Source: Squalus acanthias (taxonomy: Eukaryota). From it: a stretch of 64,000 bases of DNA. Where the stretch lies: positions 1 through 64,000 of the forward strand of contig JASTWF010000070.1 of assembly GCA_030390025.1 (NCBI GenBank), in the 5' to 3' direction. The first letter of the stretch is position 1. The number at the start of each line of letters is the position of its first letter. The notes under the pieces are model-generated. The model was not told the origin of the DNA, did not search any database, and worked only from the letters and a program-made list of their open reading frames with translations. The position numbers were made by a program, and so were the translations under genes. Positions 59,978 through 64,000 of this stretch are shown one piece after another.

Positions 59978-62900
59978 TAGAGAGTTAAATGAGTGGCTCA
60001 AAGACTGGTGTGGGAGAAATGGGTTTTGCTTCCTGGGACACTGGCACCAGTACTGGGGCAGGAGGGAGCTGTTCCGTTGGGACGGGCTTCACTTGCCCAG
60101 TGCTGGGACTAGAGTCCTGGCGGATCATATAATTAAGGCTGTAGAGATGGCTTTAAACTAACTAGTGGGGGAGAGGTTCCTAGAGAGCAAATAATAAAAA
60201 TGACAACAGAGAAGGTCATAGACTTAGGTAGCAGTGGGGAAATTAAAACCAGAGTCTGTCAGGAAGGGGCAGAAGATATGGAGTAAAAGGTAAAGTAATA
60301 AAAAGGGCAAAAGCAGGAACTAAGTGTCACAAAACATATTTGAAAGTTCTCTGTCTGAATGCACGTAGCATTCGTAACAAAATAGACGAGTTAATGGCAC
60401 AAATGATTACATATGGGTATGATCTTGTGGGCCATTACGGAAACATGGCTGCAGGGTGACAATGCCTGGGAATTAAACATACCAGGTTATTTAGCGATCA
60501 GGAAGGACAGGCAGGAAGGAAGGGGAGGTGGGGTGGCTATGTTAATAAAGGAAGGAATCACTGTAATGATATTGGGTGAAAAGATCAGGATAATGAAACA
60601 GTTTGGTTGGAGATAAGGAATAATAAGGGGAAAAAACACTAGTGGGCGTAGTCTATAGGCCTCCGAACAGTTGCAACTCTGTTGGACGGAGTATCAATCA
60701 GGAAATAGTTGAGGCTTGTAATAAGGGAACATCTTTAATTATGGGGGATTTTAACTATCATATTAATTGGACAAATCAAATTGGGCAGGGCTGCATTGAG
60801 GATGAGTTCATTGAGTGTATTAGGGATGGGTTTCTTGAGGTCAGTATGTAACTGAACCGACCAGGGGGCAAGCAACCTTAGATCTGGTCCTAGGTAACGA
60901 GACAGGATTAATAAAAAATGTCCTAGTAAAGGATCCCCTTGGAATGAGTGACCATAACATGGTTGAATTCCATATTCAATTAGAGGGTGAGAAGGTTGGA
61001 TCTCAAACAAGCGTGCTAAGCTTGAATAAAGGAGACTAAGAAGGTATGCGAGTGGTATTGAGTAGAGTGGATTGGGAAAATAGATTAAAGGGTAAGACGA
61101 TACATGATCAGTGGTGTACATTTAAGGAGTTGTTTTACAACTTCCAAAAAATATATATTCCACTGAGAAGAAAAGGGTGTAAAAGAAATGACAGTCATCC
61201 GTGGCTAAGTAAAGAAATTAAGGATAGTATTCGACTAAAAACAAGGGTCAAAAAGTAGCCAAATCTAGTGGGAGGACAGAGGATTGGGAAAACTTTAAAA
61301 GACAGCAAAAAATAACAGAAAGATTGATTAAGAAAGGGAAGATAGATTATGAAAGTAAATTAGCAAAAAATATAAAAACAGATAGTAAGAGTTTTTATAG
61401 TTATTTAAAAAGAAAAAGGGTGTCCAAAGTAAATGTTGGTCCCTTAGAGGATGAGACCGGGAAATTAATGGTGGGAAATATGGAGATGGCGAATACACTG
61501 AATGGATATTTTGTATCAGTCTTTACAGTAGAGGACACTAAGAATATCCCAACACTGGACAAACAGGGGGCTATAGGGGGGGGGAGGAGCTAAACACGAT
61601 CAAAGTCACTAAGGAAGTGGTATTCGGTAAAATAATGGGACTCAAGGCGGACAAATCACCTGGACCTGATGGCTTACATCCTAGGGTCTTGAGGGAAGTG
61701 GCGGTAGGGATTGTGGATGCATTGGTAAAAATTTTCCAAGACTCCTTGGACTCAGCAAAGATCCCGGCAGACTGGAAAACTGCTAATGTAACACCCTTAT
61801 TTAAAAAGGGCAGTAGACAGAAGGCTGGAAACTATAGACTGGTTAGCCTAACATCTGTGGTAGGTAAAATTTTGGAGTCCATTATTAAGGAGACAGTAAC
61901 GGGACATTTGGATAATCATAATTTAATAGGACAAAGTCAGCATGGTTTTATGAAGGGGAAGTCATGTTTGACAAATTTGCTGGAGTTCTTTGAGGAAGTA
62001 ACATACAGGTTGGATAAAGGGGAACCAGTGGATGTGGCGTATTTAGACTTCCAAAAGGCATTTGACAAGGTGCCACACAAAAGATTATTGCTTAAGATAA
62101 AAAATCACGGGATTGGGGGTAATATTCTGGCATGGATAGAGGATTGGCTATCTAACAGAAGGCAGAGAGTTGGGATAAATGGTTCATTCTCAGACTGGCA
62201 ATCAGTAACTAGTGGTATTCCGCAGGGGTCAGTGCTGGGCCCCCAACTCTTTACAATCTATATTAACGATTTGGAGGAGGGGACCGAGTGTAACATATCA
62301 AAGTTTGCAGATGATACTAAGATGGGAGGGAAAGTAGTGAGTGAGGAGGCCATAAAAAATCTGCAAGGGGACATAGACAGGCTAAGTAAGTGGGCAGAAA
62401 TTTGGCAGATGGAATACAATACTGGAAAGTGTGAGGTTATGCACTTTGGTAGGAAAAATAGTAGAGCAAGTTATTATCTTAATGGCAAGAAACTGGAAAG
62501 TACTGAAGTACAAAGGGATCTGGGGGTCCTGGTGCACGAAACTCAAAAGGTTAGTATGCAGGTGCAGCATGTGATTAAGAAGGCCAATGGAATGTTGGCT
62601 TTCATTGCTAGGGGGATAGAATATAAAAATAGGGAGGTATTGCTTCAGTTGTACAGGGTATTGGTTAGACCGCACCTGGAATACTGCATACAGTTTTGGT
62701 GTCCATACTTAAGAAAAGACATACTTGCTCTCGAATCAGTACAAAGATGGTTCACTCGGTTAATCCCGGGGATGAGGGGATGGACATATGAGGAGAGTTT
62801 GGGTAGATTGGGACTCTACTCATTGGAGTTCAGAAGAATGAGAGGCGATCTTATTGAAACATATAAGATTGTGAAGGGGTTGGATCGGGTGGATGCGGGG

Positions 62901-63378
62901 AGTTTGTTCCCGATGATGGGTGAAACTAGAACTAGGGGGCATAGTCTTAGAATAAGGGGCTGCTCTTTCAAAACTGAGATGAGAAGGAACTACTTCACTC
63001 AGAGGGTGGTAGGTCCATGGAATATGCTGCCACAAAAAGCTGAAGAAGCTACATCATTACATAAATTTAAAACAGAAATAGACAGTTTCCTAGAAGTAAA
63101 GGGAATTAAGGTTTACGGGGAGCGAGCAGGAATTTGGACATGAGTCTGGGTTCGGATCGGTCATGGCCCTGTTGGTGGCGTGGCGGGCCCAGGGGCCGTG
63201 TAGCCTGATCCTGCTCCTATTTCGTGTGTCCAATTCTGTTGGGTTCAGGAGATGGTTCTGTGATAGTAGATTGGCGGTTGGGATCAGATCAGCCATGATC
63301 TTATTGAATGGCGGAGCAGGCTCGAGGGGCCAATTGGCCTACTCCTGCTCCTATTTCCTATGTTCTTATGTTCTTAAT
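59978..63378 (+). mobile_element. CR1 LINE, about 3.4 kb: ORF1 end, disrupted endonuclease region, open 508-aa RT segment (61617-63143)
   Basis: ORF1 esterase-like end (ELNEWLKDWC...WDGLHL), APE motifs (NARS, AITETWL, GVVYRPP, IMGDFN), RT motifs (QHGF, YLDFQKAFDKV, PQGSVLGP, FADD), (ttatgttc)n tail; inserted in a CA-rich tract. Confidence 0.95.
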
Positions 63379-63644
63379 AACACACACACAGACACTCAAT
63401 CACACACACACACACATACACAATCAATCACACCCAGACAAATTCACACACACAGACACTCAATCACGCACAGACAAATACACACACACACAAAATCAAT
63501 CATGCCCAGGCAGAATCACACACACACACTCAATTACACACAGATACACACACACAAATACACTCACACTCACACTCATAGACACACGCACAATCAATCA
63601 TACCCATACAGTAGCACACACACAGGCCATCACACATCATAAAG

Positions 63645-64000
63645 AAAGAAATACTTTCATTTCTACAGCACCTTTCATGACCTTAGCACCTCCCAAAGCG
63701 CTTTACAGCCAAATAAATACTTTTGAAGTGTAGTCACTGTAGGACACGTGGCAGCCAATCTGCGCACAGCAAGCTCGCTCAAACAGCCATGGGATAATGA
63801 CCAGATCATCTGTTTTTTAGTGATGTTGGTTGAGGGATAAATATAGGCCCAGGACACCAGGGAGAACTCTCTGCTCTTCTTCGAGATAGTGGCGTGAGTT
63901 CTTTTCCGCCCACATTCCGGCCTCAATTGAACATCTCATCTGAAAGACGGCACCTGCGACAGTGCAGCGCTCCCTCAGTACTGCCCTCCAACAGTGCAGC
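63645..64000 (-). mobile_element. Deu-domain SINE (counterpart of 5905-6718), cut by the window edge
   Basis: Same core; first 33-bp units start at about 63955. Confidence 0.75.

Larger units (their letters stand above)
50791..64000. repeat. Segmental duplication, copy 2 of 57-~6250, expanded by LINE insertions
   Basis: Colinear blocks; extra CR1 insertions at about 51328-53440, 55080-55510 and 59978-63378. Confidence 0.9.

Noticed and set aside
61617-63143. 508-aa ORF and the many 60-200 aa ORFs as host genes
   Set aside because: They are CR1/L2 reverse-transcriptase fragments, their antisense frames, or microsatellite translations.

Overview
Repeat-rich vertebrate DNA, almost certainly from a cartilaginous fish: it carries type I/sigma-cart immunoglobulin light chains, CR1-type LINEs and tRNA-headed Deu-domain SINEs. 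The window is an immune-receptor cluster. (1) Two tandem germline-joined (VJ pre-fused) Ig light-chain genes of the sigma-2/sigma-cart type lie at about 23.5-27.6 kb and 36.1-40.7 kb. Each has an octamer promoter and each is disabled by one small lesion in V. (2) Flanking them are members of a second family that I reconstructed by hand from splice phases. These are non-rearranging antigen-receptor-like genes: leader / single-exon VJ domain / about 90-nt intron / C1 domain / uncharged TM with a juxtamembrane Cys / multi-exon cytoplasmic tail ending in ITIM/ITSM-like tyrosine motifs. 'Gene A' (minus, 4401-11587) ends YVSM...HLYASL. 'Gene D' (plus, 47768-54181) ends TLYAHL. D-type and A-type genes sit tail-to-tail in a duplicated module (57-~6250 vs 50791-64000), and decayed relics of the family lie at 0.2-1.2 kb, 13.2-15.1 kb and 44.7-45.0 kb. 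The rest is CR1 and L2 LINE fragments, SINEs, a deleted Harbinger element, mini/microsatellites and a 191-N gap. Exon models are manual predictions without transcript support, and repeat coordinates are approximate.
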